This document shows positions 51,423 through 60,022 of a stretch of DNA of 64,000 bases, in pieces. This DNA comes from Candidatus Eiseniibacteriota bacterium (lineage in GTDB: Bacteria; Eisenbacteria; RBG-16-71-46). Within the stretch, counting starts at the first letter, position 1. Every line of letters begins with the position of its first letter. The translations under genes were made by a program, and so were the position numbers. The notes below the pieces were generated by a model. It was not told the origin of the DNA and did not search any database. It saw only the letters and a list, made by a program, of their open reading frames with translations. The stretch spans positions 13,785-77,784 of the forward strand of contig JBGPFC010000019.1 of NCBI GenBank assembly GCA_041483195.1, read 5' to 3'.

Positions 51423-51487
51423 CGAGATCGGGGCGGGAGCGCCGGGGGGCTTGAGCGCGGCGCACGCATCGTGCACAGTCCCGCGCC

Positions 51488-52621
51488 ATGACGGCCGCCG
51501 AAGCGCGCCCCGCGCGCTCAAGCCTCTTCGCCCCCGAGCGCGCGCTTCAGCTGTTGATCGTGTTCGTCGTCATCGCCCCGCTCGCCCACGCGCTCCACTG
51601 GGACCCGCTCGTGGTGTTCGCGTGCGCAGCGCTCGCGATCGTCCCGCTCGCGGGGATGATGGGCGAAGCCACCGAGCGGCTCGCCTCCCGGCTCGGCGCC
51701 GGCGTCGGCGGGCTGCTGAACGCGACCTTCGGCAACGCGGCCGAGCTCATCATCGCGATCGCGGCGCTCGAGCGCGGGCTCTACGACGTGGTCAAGGCGA
51801 GCCTCACCGGATCGATCATCGGCAACGTGCTGCTGGTGCTGGGGCTCGCGTGCGTCGCGGGCGGGGCGCGGCGCGAACGCCAGACCTTCGACCGCGCGGC
51901 GGCGGCGGCCGGCTCCACGCTGCTCGCGCTCGCCGCGATCGGGCTCGTGGTGCCGGCCATGTTCCACTTCGTCGCGGAGGGCGCGGTGACGCACGCCACG
52001 CTGAGCCCGGCGCGCGAGATCGAGATCGAGCACGGGCTCTCGCTCGAGATCTCGATCGTGCTGTTCGCGGCCTACCTGCTCTCGCTGGTCTTCAGCCTGC
52101 GCACCCACCGCCATCTCTACGCCGGGCAGTCCGGCGCGCACGTCGCGCACTCGCAAGCCGCGCCGCCGGGCGCGGCGGTGGTCACGCTGGTGGCCGCGAC
52201 CGCGCTGGTGGCGTGGATGAGCGAGCTGCTGGTGGGCGCGGTCGAGCCGGCCTCGCGCGCGCTCGGCTTCACCCCGGTGTTCATCGGGGTGGTGGTGGTC
52301 GCCATCATCGGAAACGCGGCCGAGCACTCGACCGCCGTGCTGATGGCGATGCGCGACCGGATGGACCTCGCGCTCCACATCGCGATCGGCTCCAGCACCC
52401 AGATCGCGCTGTTCGTGGCGCCGGTGCTGGTGTTCCTCTCCTACCTGATGCGGCACGGTCCGATGGACCTGCGTTTCACGCCGTTCGAGGTGCTGGCGGT
52501 GGGGATCGCGGTGGGGGTGGTCAACCTGGTCGCGCAGGACGGCGAGTCGAACTGGCTGGAGGGCGCGCTGCTGCTCGCGGTGTACGCGATCCTGGCGATG
52601 GCGTTCTACTTCCTGCCATGA
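51488..52621 (+). CDS. Calcium/proton antiporter (CAX family)
   Basis: NATFGNAAE and IGNAAEH alpha repeats; [18 protein letters not shown]. Confidence 0.95.
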   Translation: MTAAEARPARSSLFAPERALQLLIVFVVIAPLAHALHWDPLVVFACAALAIVPLAGMMGEATERLASRLGAGVGGLLNATFGNAAELIIAIAALERGLYDVVKASLTGSIIGNVLLVLGLACVAGGARRERQTFDRAAAAAGSTLLALAAIGLVVPAMFHFVAEGAVTHATLSPAREIEIEHGLSLEISIVLFAAYLLSLVFSLRTHRHLYAGQSGAHVAHSQAAPPGAAVVTLVAATALVAWMSELLVGAVEPASRALGFTPVFIGVVVVAIIGNAAEHSTAVLMAMRDRMDLALHIAIGSSTQIALFVAPVLVFLSYLMRHGPMDLRFTPFEVLAVGIAVGVVNLVAQDGESNWLEGALLLAVYAILAMAFYFLP

Positions 52622-52669
52622 GCGCGGGCCGCGCTCTGCTACCATGAGGCGCACAGGAGGGTTCCCGCC

Positions 52670-53245
52670 ATGACCGTGAGTCCGCATTCCTCGAAGGTGG
52701 ACGAGCTGATCCGCCGGCTCGACGAAGCCGTCGCGGTGCGCGACGACGCGACCCGCTGTCGCAACGTCAAGCGCGTGCTCACCGACGTCGTGAACAGCGG
52801 CGAGCAGTTCCTCGACCCGCCGATGCTCGCGCCCACCCCCGACTGCTACGCGCGGCGGCTGCTGCACCGCGACCCGGACGGGCGCTACACCGCGCTCGTG
52901 ATGGTGTGGGACCGCGACCAGGGCACGCCGCTCCACGATCACGCGGGCATGTGGTGCGTCGAGTGCGTGTACCGCGGCAAGATCCGCGTGACCTCGTTCT
53001 CGGCCCACGGCGGCGACCCGGAGCGCGACATCGTGCGCTTCGAGAAGGAAAACGTGGTGCTCGCCGGGGTCGGCGAGGCGGGCGCGCTGATCCCGCCCTT
53101 CGAGTACCACGTGCTCGAGAACGCCGACGCCGCGCCGGCCGTGACCATCCACGTGTACGGCGGCGAGATGACGTACTGCCACATCTTCGAGCCGGTCGAG
53201 GGCCAGGGCTACATCCGCAAGTTCCGCGAGCTGCGCTACACCTGA
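52670..53245 (+). CDS. Cysteine dioxygenase-family cupin
   Basis: YARRLL, TPLHDH, EYH..EN, IHVYGG. Confidence 0.88.
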   Translation: MTVSPHSSKVDELIRRLDEAVAVRDDATRCRNVKRVLTDVVNSGEQFLDPPMLAPTPDCYARRLLHRDPDGRYTALVMVWDRDQGTPLHDHAGMWCVECVYRGKIRVTSFSAHGGDPERDIVRFEKENVVLAGVGEAGALIPPFEYHVLENADAAPAVTIHVYGGEMTYCHIFEPVEGQGYIRKFRELRYT

Positions 53246-54474
53246 TGACTCGCAGGGCCGCCGGTTTTCTGCTGCTCTGCGCGACGCTCTCGCTCCTGTC
53301 GGGCGCGCTGGCGCCTCCCGGCCGCGCGCAGGGCACGGCGATTTCGACGACGCTCGATCCCTCGATCCGTTCGGCGGGGATGGCCGGGGCCTCCAACGCG
53401 GTGTACTGGGGCCGGGACCCGAACGACTGGGCGAATCCGGCGCTGCTCGGCTACGCGAGCGGTGCGCGCTACGAGTGGGGCAGGACGAGGCTCGTGCCGA
53501 GTCTGCCTGGTGGAAATATCCCGTTCACGACCCGCCGCATGGTGCTCGGAGCGAACGGCCTGGGTCTCGCCTCGGCGGGAAAACCCGTGATCGGGGACAA
53601 CGGCCTGAAGCTCGACACCGGTGAGCTCCAGGGGACCGACATCAACGGAAACCCGATCGGGCCTGTCGACACCTTCGAGAAGATCACGTCGTGGGGCGCC
53701 GGGGGAAGCTTCTCGACGCTGCTCGAGTCGCTGAGCGAAATCGCGGGCGCGAAGCCGCCGCTCGCGACGCGATACGTAGATCTCGCGTTCGGCATGAGTC
53801 GCAACCAGGTCCGTGTGAATTACGGCGGCCCCGCGGCGGCAGGCGAAACTAGTACCTCCGACATCGGCTTGCTGCTCGGGTTCACACCGCTCGGCCGCCA
53901 TCGCCCCGGCACGCCGCGCACCGGCCTGCCGCTCGACCTCGACCTGAGCTATGGGTTCTCGATCAAGAACTACAACAAGGCCAGCATGGCGTTCGGAGGG
54001 GGCGCGGCGCCCTGGCCGCTTCACCGAACGCGTCGCAACGGCATCGCGCTGCACGCGGCGATGGACGTTCCGGGATCGCTGCGCGAGAGCATCAGCGGCG
54101 CGGTCCCATGGCTCGCCGAATCGTTCGACCCCCTGGTCTCGATCGGCGTGGCCGTCGACATCGAGCGCAACACGTTCACCGGGGCGGACTCGGCGAGGGT
54201 CGCCGCGGCGTACGACATCCAGCGCTTCGGATTCGAGGTGGCGCTCGCGAACCTCGTCACGGCGCGTCTCGGGTACCTGCGCGACAAGGATGGCCACATC
54301 GAGAACGTCACCTACGGCTTCGGCGGGGGACTCCAGGTCGGCCGGATGGGTGGGGCGCGATACGATTGGGCGAGTATTCCGCAGGCGAAGGATGAGGGCC
54401 TTCCTCGCGTCACGAGGAGGGGTGTCAGCGTCTTCATCGATCTGCTCGCCATCGTGGACACCGCGCGTCACTAG
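53245..54474 (+). CDS. PorV/FadL-like outer-membrane beta-barrel
   Basis: TGATG overlap; signal peptide; SIRSAGMAGA...WANPALLG; ARLGY...TYGFG...RYDWASIPQ. Confidence 0.65.
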   Translation: MTRRAAGFLLLCATLSLLSGALAPPGRAQGTAISTTLDPSIRSAGMAGASNAVYWGRDPNDWANPALLGYASGARYEWGRTRLVPSLPGGNIPFTTRRMVLGANGLGLASAGKPVIGDNGLKLDTGELQGTDINGNPIGPVDTFEKITSWGAGGSFSTLLESLSEIAGAKPPLATRYVDLAFGMSRNQVRVNYGGPAAAGETSTSDIGLLLGFTPLGRHRPGTPRTGLPLDLDLSYGFSIKNYNKASMAFGGGAAPWPLHRTRRNGIALHAAMDVPGSLRESISGAVPWLAESFDPLVSIGVAVDIERNTFTGADSARVAAAYDIQRFGFEVALANLVTARLGYLRDKDGHIENVTYGFGGGLQVGRMGGARYDWASIPQAKDEGLPRVTRRGVSVFIDLLAIVDTARH

Positions 54475-54573
54475 CCGCCGCATCACGTCCGGTGCGGAGT
54501 GCCGGGCTCGCGGGCAGCCGGGCTGTGGCTCGCCGTCAACTCGGGGCGCGCCGGCCAATGGAACGAGGTCGCG

Positions 54574-54732
54574 ATGAATCTCGCGTTCTTCACCGGACGC
54601 TACGACATGGGGAACCGCTACCAGGCGCAGGCGAGCGCCGCGCGCTTCAACGACCGGCACGCCGCTGCGCTCCGGCAGCGGGCGAACGCGCTGGCGCGAG
54701 CCGCGGTGGCCGGCGGGCCGGGCGGGCCTTGA
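54574..54732 (+). CDS. Small hypothetical ORF or gene remnant
   Basis: GAGG before ATG; stop overlaps the TTG of the next gene (TTGA). Confidence 0.3.
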   Translation: MNLAFFTGRYDMGNRYQAQASAARFNDRHAAALRQRANALARAAVAGGPGGP

Positions 54733-55715
54733 GCGCGATCCCGGGCCTCGCCCTCGCCGCGCTGCTCGCGACCGGCGGCTTCGCGCTCGCCGAGCTTCCA
54801 TGGGTGAGGGACACGCTCCACGTGAGCGCGCTGCTGCTCGTCATCCTGCTCGGCATCGCGCTCCGCTCGCTGATTCCCCTGCCGTCCGCGACCGCGCCCG
54901 GGGTGCGCCTCGCGCAGCGCCCGTTGCTGCGCTGGGCGGTGGCCGGGCTCGGATTCCGGTTGAGCGTCCGCGAGCTGTGGGCGATCGGCGCGCCGGCGCT
55001 CGCGGTGATCGTGGTCTCGACCGGCTCCGCGCTGCTGTTCGGCTGGTGGGTCGCGCGGCGCCTCGGGGTCGCGGAGAAGCTCGGGCTGCTGCTGGGTGTG
55101 GGCGGCGCGGTGTGCGGCGCCTCGGCGGTGGTCGCCGCCGAGAGCGTGGTGCATGGCGAGAAGCAGGACGCGGCGCTCGCGATCGGCGTGATCACGCTGT
55201 TCGGAACCATCGGGATCGTGCTCTATCCGCTGCTCGGCCACGCGCTCCACATGAGCCCGTTCGTTTACGGCGTGTGGGACGGCGCGTCGCTCCACGAGAT
55301 GGCGCAGGTGGTGGCGGCGGGCTTCGGCGTGAGCGAGGAGGCCGCGCGGGTGGCCACGGTGGTGAAGCTCGCGCGCATCGCGCTGCTCGCGCCGGTCGTG
55401 CTCTACCTGGGCTGGTCGCTGCGCCACCGGCATCGCGAGGCGGGACGCGCGCAGGTCGCGCCGGTGCCGTGGTTCCTGGTGGTGTTCGTGCTGTGCGCTG
55501 CGCTCAATTCCACGGGCTGGCTGCCCGCGCGCGTCACCGACCTGGTGCGCCGCGGCGATCTGTGGCTGCTGTGCGTTGGCATGGCGGGCGTGGGACTTCA
55601 GACCGGCTTCTCCGACCTGCGGAGCGCGGGGCTGCGGCCGATCGCGGCGGGCGCCGCGCAGTGGGCGTTCATCTCGGCGGCCTCTTTCGCGCTCGCGCGC
55701 TGGTTGTGCGGGTAG
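54729..55715 (+). CDS. YeiH / putative sulfate exporter family membrane protein
   Basis: LLRWAVAGLGFRL, VCGASAVVA, GASLHEMAQVVAAG, VKLARIALL, VPWF. Confidence 0.92.
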   Translation: MSAIPGLALAALLATGGFALAELPWVRDTLHVSALLLVILLGIALRSLIPLPSATAPGVRLAQRPLLRWAVAGLGFRLSVRELWAIGAPALAVIVVSTGSALLFGWWVARRLGVAEKLGLLLGVGGAVCGASAVVAAESVVHGEKQDAALAIGVITLFGTIGIVLYPLLGHALHMSPFVYGVWDGASLHEMAQVVAAGFGVSEEAARVATVVKLARIALLAPVVLYLGWSLRHRHREAGRAQVAPVPWFLVVFVLCAALNSTGWLPARVTDLVRRGDLWLLCVGMAGVGLQTGFSDLRSAGLRPIAAGAAQWAFISAASFALARWLCG

Positions 55716-55719
55716 GCCG

Positions 55720-55983
55720 GTGCGCTTCGACGTCGCGTTGTTCGAGCTGCGGCTCTTCAAGAGCAGGTCCGCCGCGAGCGTCGCGATCCACGACGGCGCG
55801 GCGCTCCTGAACGGCGCGGTCGCGAAGCCGAGTCACGGGGTGAAGCCCGGCGATCGCATCACGCTCGCGACCCTGCGCCCCGCCGGCCGCGAGACCCGCA
55901 CGCTCGAGGTGCTCGAGCTGCCGCGCGGGTCGCTGAGCCGCGAGGCGGCGAAGGCCCTGGTGCGCGAGGTGGAATCGCGCTGA
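55720..55983 (+). CDS. S4 RNA-binding domain protein (Hsp15-like)
   Basis: RFD..L..LRLFKSRS.A...G...LNG..AKPSH.VKPGD. Confidence 0.85.
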   Translation: MRFDVALFELRLFKSRSAASVAIHDGAALLNGAVAKPSHGVKPGDRITLATLRPAGRETRTLEVLELPRGSLSREAAKALVREVESR

Positions 55984-56058
55984 TCGCGCGCGGCGGGCCC
56001 GCGCCTCGGGGGTGCTCGCGCGGCGCCCTCGCGCCCGGCCCCGGCCGCCGCTTCGAAG

Positions 56059-56088
56059 TGGACTCGCCCCGCGGGGCGAGATTAGAAT
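56059..56088 (+). promoter_or_regulatory. Candidate sigma-70 promoter with palindromic operator
   Basis: TGGACT-N18-TAGAAT containing perfect palindrome CTCGCCCCGCGGGGCGAG (56063-56080). Confidence 0.4.
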
Positions 56089-56127
56089 TCCCGCCGCATC
56101 GTCCCTGACCCTGGGCCCCTGTCCTCC

Positions 56128-56715
56128 ATGCCAACCCGTTATCGCAACTGGTGGTTTCTTTCGCGCGACGAAGCGGACGCCGACGAGGGCGCCCATCCTC
56201 CGGCGTTCGCCGACGCGCGGCTCGATCGCTGGCTCGCCGATCCCGCGCATCGCGCGGAGGTCGTCCGCGTGTACGAGCAGCTGACGGGACGCCGCTCCTC
56301 GAACCACGCGCAGCTTTCCCTTCGCGAGCTGCACCGCTTCGTGAAGCCGCGCATCGGCCGCGCGCTCAAGGCCGGCGAGCTGAGCGTCGTGGAGCACCCC
56401 GGTCTGCCGCCGCCGCCGACGGCACGCAACGCGTGGATGCCGCTCGACACCGACAAGCCGAAGCCGGCGGCGCCGCCCGAGAAGCAGAAGGAGAAGGAAG
56501 AGAAGAAGACCGAGCGCGAGTGGGTCGAGTTTCAGCTGGTGGACCCCGACGGGAAGGGGCTGCCCGGCCACCACTACAGCATCAAGCTCCCGGACGGGAC
56601 CATCAAGACCGGATCGACCGGAACCTCCGGGGTGGTGTGGATCGGCGACATCGATGCCGGCAAGTGCGAGATCACGTTTCCCGATCTGCCGCCCGATGTC
56701 TGGGAGCCGGCATGA
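56128..56715 (+). CDS. Hypothetical protein with C-terminal transthyretin-like (VgrG/PAAR extension-type) domain
   Basis: WVEFQLVDPDGKGLPGHHYSIKLPDG...G.T..SG....GKCEITFPD; Pro/Lys/Glu linker. Confidence 0.65.
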   Translation: MPTRYRNWWFLSRDEADADEGAHPPAFADARLDRWLADPAHRAEVVRVYEQLTGRRSSNHAQLSLRELHRFVKPRIGRALKAGELSVVEHPGLPPPPTARNAWMPLDTDKPKPAAPPEKQKEKEEKKTEREWVEFQLVDPDGKGLPGHHYSIKLPDGTIKTGSTGTSGVVWIGDIDAGKCEITFPDLPPDVWEPA

Positions 56716-57407
56716 GCGACCCGAAGAGCCGGCCGAGCAAGACCCACGTCGTGGTGCAGGGCGAGACCCTGTCGCGCATCGCGGCCGACAACGGCTTCGG
56801 CAACGTGCACACCCTGAGCGATCATCCGAAGAACTCAGCGCTCATGAAGAAGCGCCCCAATCACAGCCAGCTGGTGCCGGACGACGAGGTGTTCGTCCCC
56901 GCCTTCGAGCCGCGGGTCGAGTCAGCTGACACCAAGAAGCGCACGGTGTTCAAGGCCACGCTGCCGGTGCTGTTCCTGCGCATCCGCCCGCACGACCTGA
57001 ACAACGAGCCGGTCAAGTCGGACGTCGATTGCCTGCTCGAGATCGGCGAGGCCGAGGACAAGACGCCGATCAAGACCGACGACAAGGGCATCCTCGAGAA
57101 GATCATCTCGCCCAAGCTGGAGAAGGCCGAGCTGCACATCGAGATCAAGAAGATGAAGCTGGACGTGCTGGTCGGCCACCTCGACGCCCTCGACACGCTC
57201 TCGGGCCAGCGTGCGCGGCTCAACAACCTCGGATACTTCGCGGGCTTCACCGAGAAGGACCGCAAGCAATTCCGCTGGGGCGCCGAGGAGTTCAAGAAGG
57301 ACAGGGGCGTCACCCCGATCGCGGTCAAAGAGGAAGACATCGACGAGGTCGAGGGCATCAAGGCCCCGGCGTTTCGCACCAAGCTCGAGAAGGAGCACGG
57401 CTGCTAG
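56712..57407 (+). CDS. LysM + transthyretin-like + peptidoglycan-binding domain protein
   Basis: ATGA overlap; HVVVQGETLSRIA...LVPDDEVFVP (LysM); TDDKG; GQRARLNNLGY. Confidence 0.75.
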   Translation: MSDPKSRPSKTHVVVQGETLSRIAADNGFGNVHTLSDHPKNSALMKKRPNHSQLVPDDEVFVPAFEPRVESADTKKRTVFKATLPVLFLRIRPHDLNNEPVKSDVDCLLEIGEAEDKTPIKTDDKGILEKIISPKLEKAELHIEIKKMKLDVLVGHLDALDTLSGQRARLNNLGYFAGFTEKDRKQFRWGAEEFKKDRGVTPIAVKEEDIDEVEGIKAPAFRTKLEKEHGC

Positions 57408-57419
57408 GCGCCAGGACCC

Positions 57420-59084
57420 ATGGCCAATCCGATCTTCATTCTCGACCAGACCGAGGAAGGCGTGGTCGCCACCCACCCCGCGCGGGTCGAGCTGCCGGTG
57501 CTCACCGCGCCGACCGTCGAGGAGGACCGCGCGGATCTGTTCAACACCGTCCGGCCCTCGCTGGTCACGCTCGGCTGCATGAACCTGAGCAACCGCGGGT
57601 TCGAGTTCGACTCTTCGTTCATCAGCCCCAAGGCGAAGGGCCGCTTCACCGCGTTCGCCGAGCTGATGGCGCGGCTGCAGGGCGAGGACCCGACCGGCGA
57701 GAAGCGTTTCCCTCCGATCACGATCTTCGGGCACGCCGATCCGACCGGCGACGAGGAGTACAACAAGACGCTGAGCGGACGCCGCGCGCGCGCGGTGTTC
57801 GGCCTGCTGACCCGCGACGTCAAGCTGTGGGAAACGCTCTTCACCAGCCCCTTCGGCGGCGACGACTGGGGCCAGAAGTCCATCCAGCTCATGCTCTCGA
57901 CGGTGGGCGGCGGCGTTCCCTTCTACGACGGCCCGATCGACGGCGCGGTCACGTCCGAGACCAAGAAGCAGACGGCGGACGCGGTCGAGGCCTTTCAGAT
58001 CTCGAAGGACATCCAGCCGCCGAGCGGAATCGCGGGGCCCAAGACGCGCGCGGTGCTGTTCCCCGAGTACATGAAGGAGATCTGCCAGTTCAAGAGCGGC
58101 GATCCGTTCGAGCTCGATCCCAAGGAACACTTCCTCTGCCGGGGCAAGGACGCCGGCCACAAGGGCGACATCCAGGGGTGCGGCGAGTTCAATCCATCGG
58201 TGCTGCTCTCGCAGGAGGTCGAGAAGCGCTTCAAGGACAAGAAGCTCAAGCCGGAGCGCGACGCGGCGTACGAGGACGATCGCCGCGCGCTGGTGTTCAT
58301 CTTCAAGCACGACAGCGAGATCGATCCGAAGAAGTGGCCGTGCCCGCGCTCGAACGAGGGCGGCGCGGGATGCAAGCTGCGCTTCTGGTCCGACTCCAAG
58401 GACCGGCTGCGGCGCGACCCCGACAAGACCCCGGCCGGAGATGACGGCATCCCGATCGGCGACGGGCGCCGCACCTTCAAGGACACGGGTGACACCTTCG
58501 CGTGCCGCTGGTATCACGGCTTCGCGCAGCACTCGCCGTGCGAGGCGGGCCGCAAGCTCTGGATCGTGCGGCTGCGCGTGGACGGAGCCAAGGACGTGCA
58601 GGAGCCGTTCAAGCAGCGGGCCTACGTGGTGCACGCTGGCGAGACCAGCTACGCGCCGGTGCTGCGGGGATTCACGGACGACAACGGCCAGCTCGTGATC
58701 CCGGTGATGGACGAATCCGTCGAGATGAAGCTCAAGCTGGACGTGTTCGGCCTCGAGACGCCGCCCAAGAAGGACGAGAAGGACGACACCGGCACCAGCA
58801 CGGCGGCCGGGTTCGACGAGGACGAGTTCAAGAACGAGGACAAGTTCGTGGAGATGACCCTCGACGCCGGCGCGCTGGCGCCGATGACCAAGGACGACCT
58901 GCCCGCGCAGCAGCGCCTCTACAATCTCGGCTTCGGCCAAGGCAAGCCGGGCACCTGGACGAAGGACGTGTTCGATCGCGCGATCCGCGGCTTCCAGAAG
59001 ACGCACAAGCTCAAGGACACCGGGAATCTCGACGACGATCAGGACACAAGGGAGCAGCTGAGGGTGGCGCACGACAGCCCGTAG
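57420..59084 (+). CDS. OmpA-C-like + peptidoglycan-binding domain protein
   Basis: FEFDSS, IFGHADPTGDEEYNKTLSGRRARAV; IDG...AVEAFQ...GIAGPKT; QQRLYNLGF...AIRGFQ...TG.LD. Confidence 0.8.
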   Translation: MANPIFILDQTEEGVVATHPARVELPVLTAPTVEEDRADLFNTVRPSLVTLGCMNLSNRGFEFDSSFISPKAKGRFTAFAELMARLQGEDPTGEKRFPPITIFGHADPTGDEEYNKTLSGRRARAVFGLLTRDVKLWETLFTSPFGGDDWGQKSIQLMLSTVGGGVPFYDGPIDGAVTSETKKQTADAVEAFQISKDIQPPSGIAGPKTRAVLFPEYMKEICQFKSGDPFELDPKEHFLCRGKDAGHKGDIQGCGEFNPSVLLSQEVEKRFKDKKLKPERDAAYEDDRRALVFIFKHDSEIDPKKWPCPRSNEGGAGCKLRFWSDSKDRLRRDPDKTPAGDDGIPIGDGRRTFKDTGDTFACRWYHGFAQHSPCEAGRKLWIVRLRVDGAKDVQEPFKQRAYVVHAGETSYAPVLRGFTDDNGQLVIPVMDESVEMKLKLDVFGLETPPKKDEKDDTGTSTAAGFDEDEFKNEDKFVEMTLDAGALAPMTKDDLPAQQRLYNLGFGQGKPGTWTKDVFDRAIRGFQKTHKLKDTGNLDDDQDTREQLRVAHDSP

Positions 59085-59098
59085 TCGCCGAGTCGATT

Positions 59099-59127
59099 TT
59101 GCCGCGGCCCGCGCGCGGTGATAGTCT
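59099..59127 (+). promoter_or_regulatory. Candidate sigma-70 promoter of the sdh operon
   Basis: TTGCCG-N17-TAGTCT with TG extension. Confidence 0.4.
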
Positions 59128-59179
59128 GCGCGCGCACTCCTGACCCCCCGCCGACGAGACACTTTCAGGAGACCGGCTG

Positions 59180-60022
59180 ATGCCCTCCGATCACAGCAGG
59201 ACGTGGAGCAGCGGCACCGCCGCCGGCGCCGCGGCCCCCGCGCAAACCCTGCCCGGCACCGGCACGCCGCCCGGAGCGTGGCGCGGAGCCGGCGCCGACC
59301 AGCGCTTCGGCCAGACCGAGCGCAAGGACAACTGGTGGCTGATGCCGGTCGCGCAGGCGATCGGGCTCTCGATCCTCGGCGCGTACGCGACCTGGGCGGC
59401 GTTCCAGGGCAATCACTACGAGATCGGCAACTACCTCTCGCCCTTCTACTCGCCCACCATCAAGCCGTCCTGGTGGCCGTTCTCCCCGGCGCTCATGATC
59501 CTGTGGATCCCGCTTGGATTCCGCACCACCTGCTACTACTACCGCAAGGCGTACTACCGCGCGTTCTTCCTGGACCCGATCGCGTGCGCGGTGGGCGAGG
59601 CGAACCCGAAGCGCTATCTCGGCGAGAACAAGTTTCCGTTCGTGCTCCAGAACATGCACCGCTACTTCATGTACCTGGCGGCGATCTTCCTGATCTTCCT
59701 CTGGTGGGACGTGATCCGCGCCTTCACGTTCGACGGGCGCCTCGGCGTGGGCGTCGGCTCGCTCGCGATCCTCGCATCGACCGCCTCGCTCAGCGCGTTC
59801 ACCTTCTCGTGCAATTCGCTGCGTCATCTGCTCGGCGGCCGGGTGGACTGCTTCTCGTGCGCGGTCGCCGGCGGCCCGCGCCACAACGTGTGGAGCGGCG
59901 TGAGCCTGCTGAACGAGCACCACATGGCCTGGGCGTGGTGGAGCCTGCTCGCGGTGTGCTTCGCCGACTTCTACGTGCGGATGTGCTCGATGGGCATTTT
60001 CCGCGACGCGAGGATCTTCTGA
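59180..60022 (+). CDS. Succinate dehydrogenase membrane subunit, mycobacterial Sdh1 (Rv0249c)-like
   Basis: YLSPFYSP, FRTTCYYYRKAYYR, GE.KFP..LQN.HRYF, SC.S.RH..GG..DCFS, HM.WAW. Confidence 0.88.
   Translation: MPSDHSRTWSSGTAAGAAAPAQTLPGTGTPPGAWRGAGADQRFGQTERKDNWWLMPVAQAIGLSILGAYATWAAFQGNHYEIGNYLSPFYSPTIKPSWWPFSPALMILWIPLGFRTTCYYYRKAYYRAFFLDPIACAVGEANPKRYLGENKFPFVLQNMHRYFMYLAAIFLIFLWWDVIRAFTFDGRLGVGVGSLAILASTASLSAFTFSCNSLRHLLGGRVDCFSCAVAGGPRHNVWSGVSLLNEHHMAWAWWSLLAVCFADFYVRMCSMGIFRDARIF

Noticed and set aside
52670..55715. Cysteine dioxygenase plus YeiH as a sulfur-catabolic module
   Set aside because: Separated by an unrelated barrel gene; substrate specificity cannot be supported from sequence
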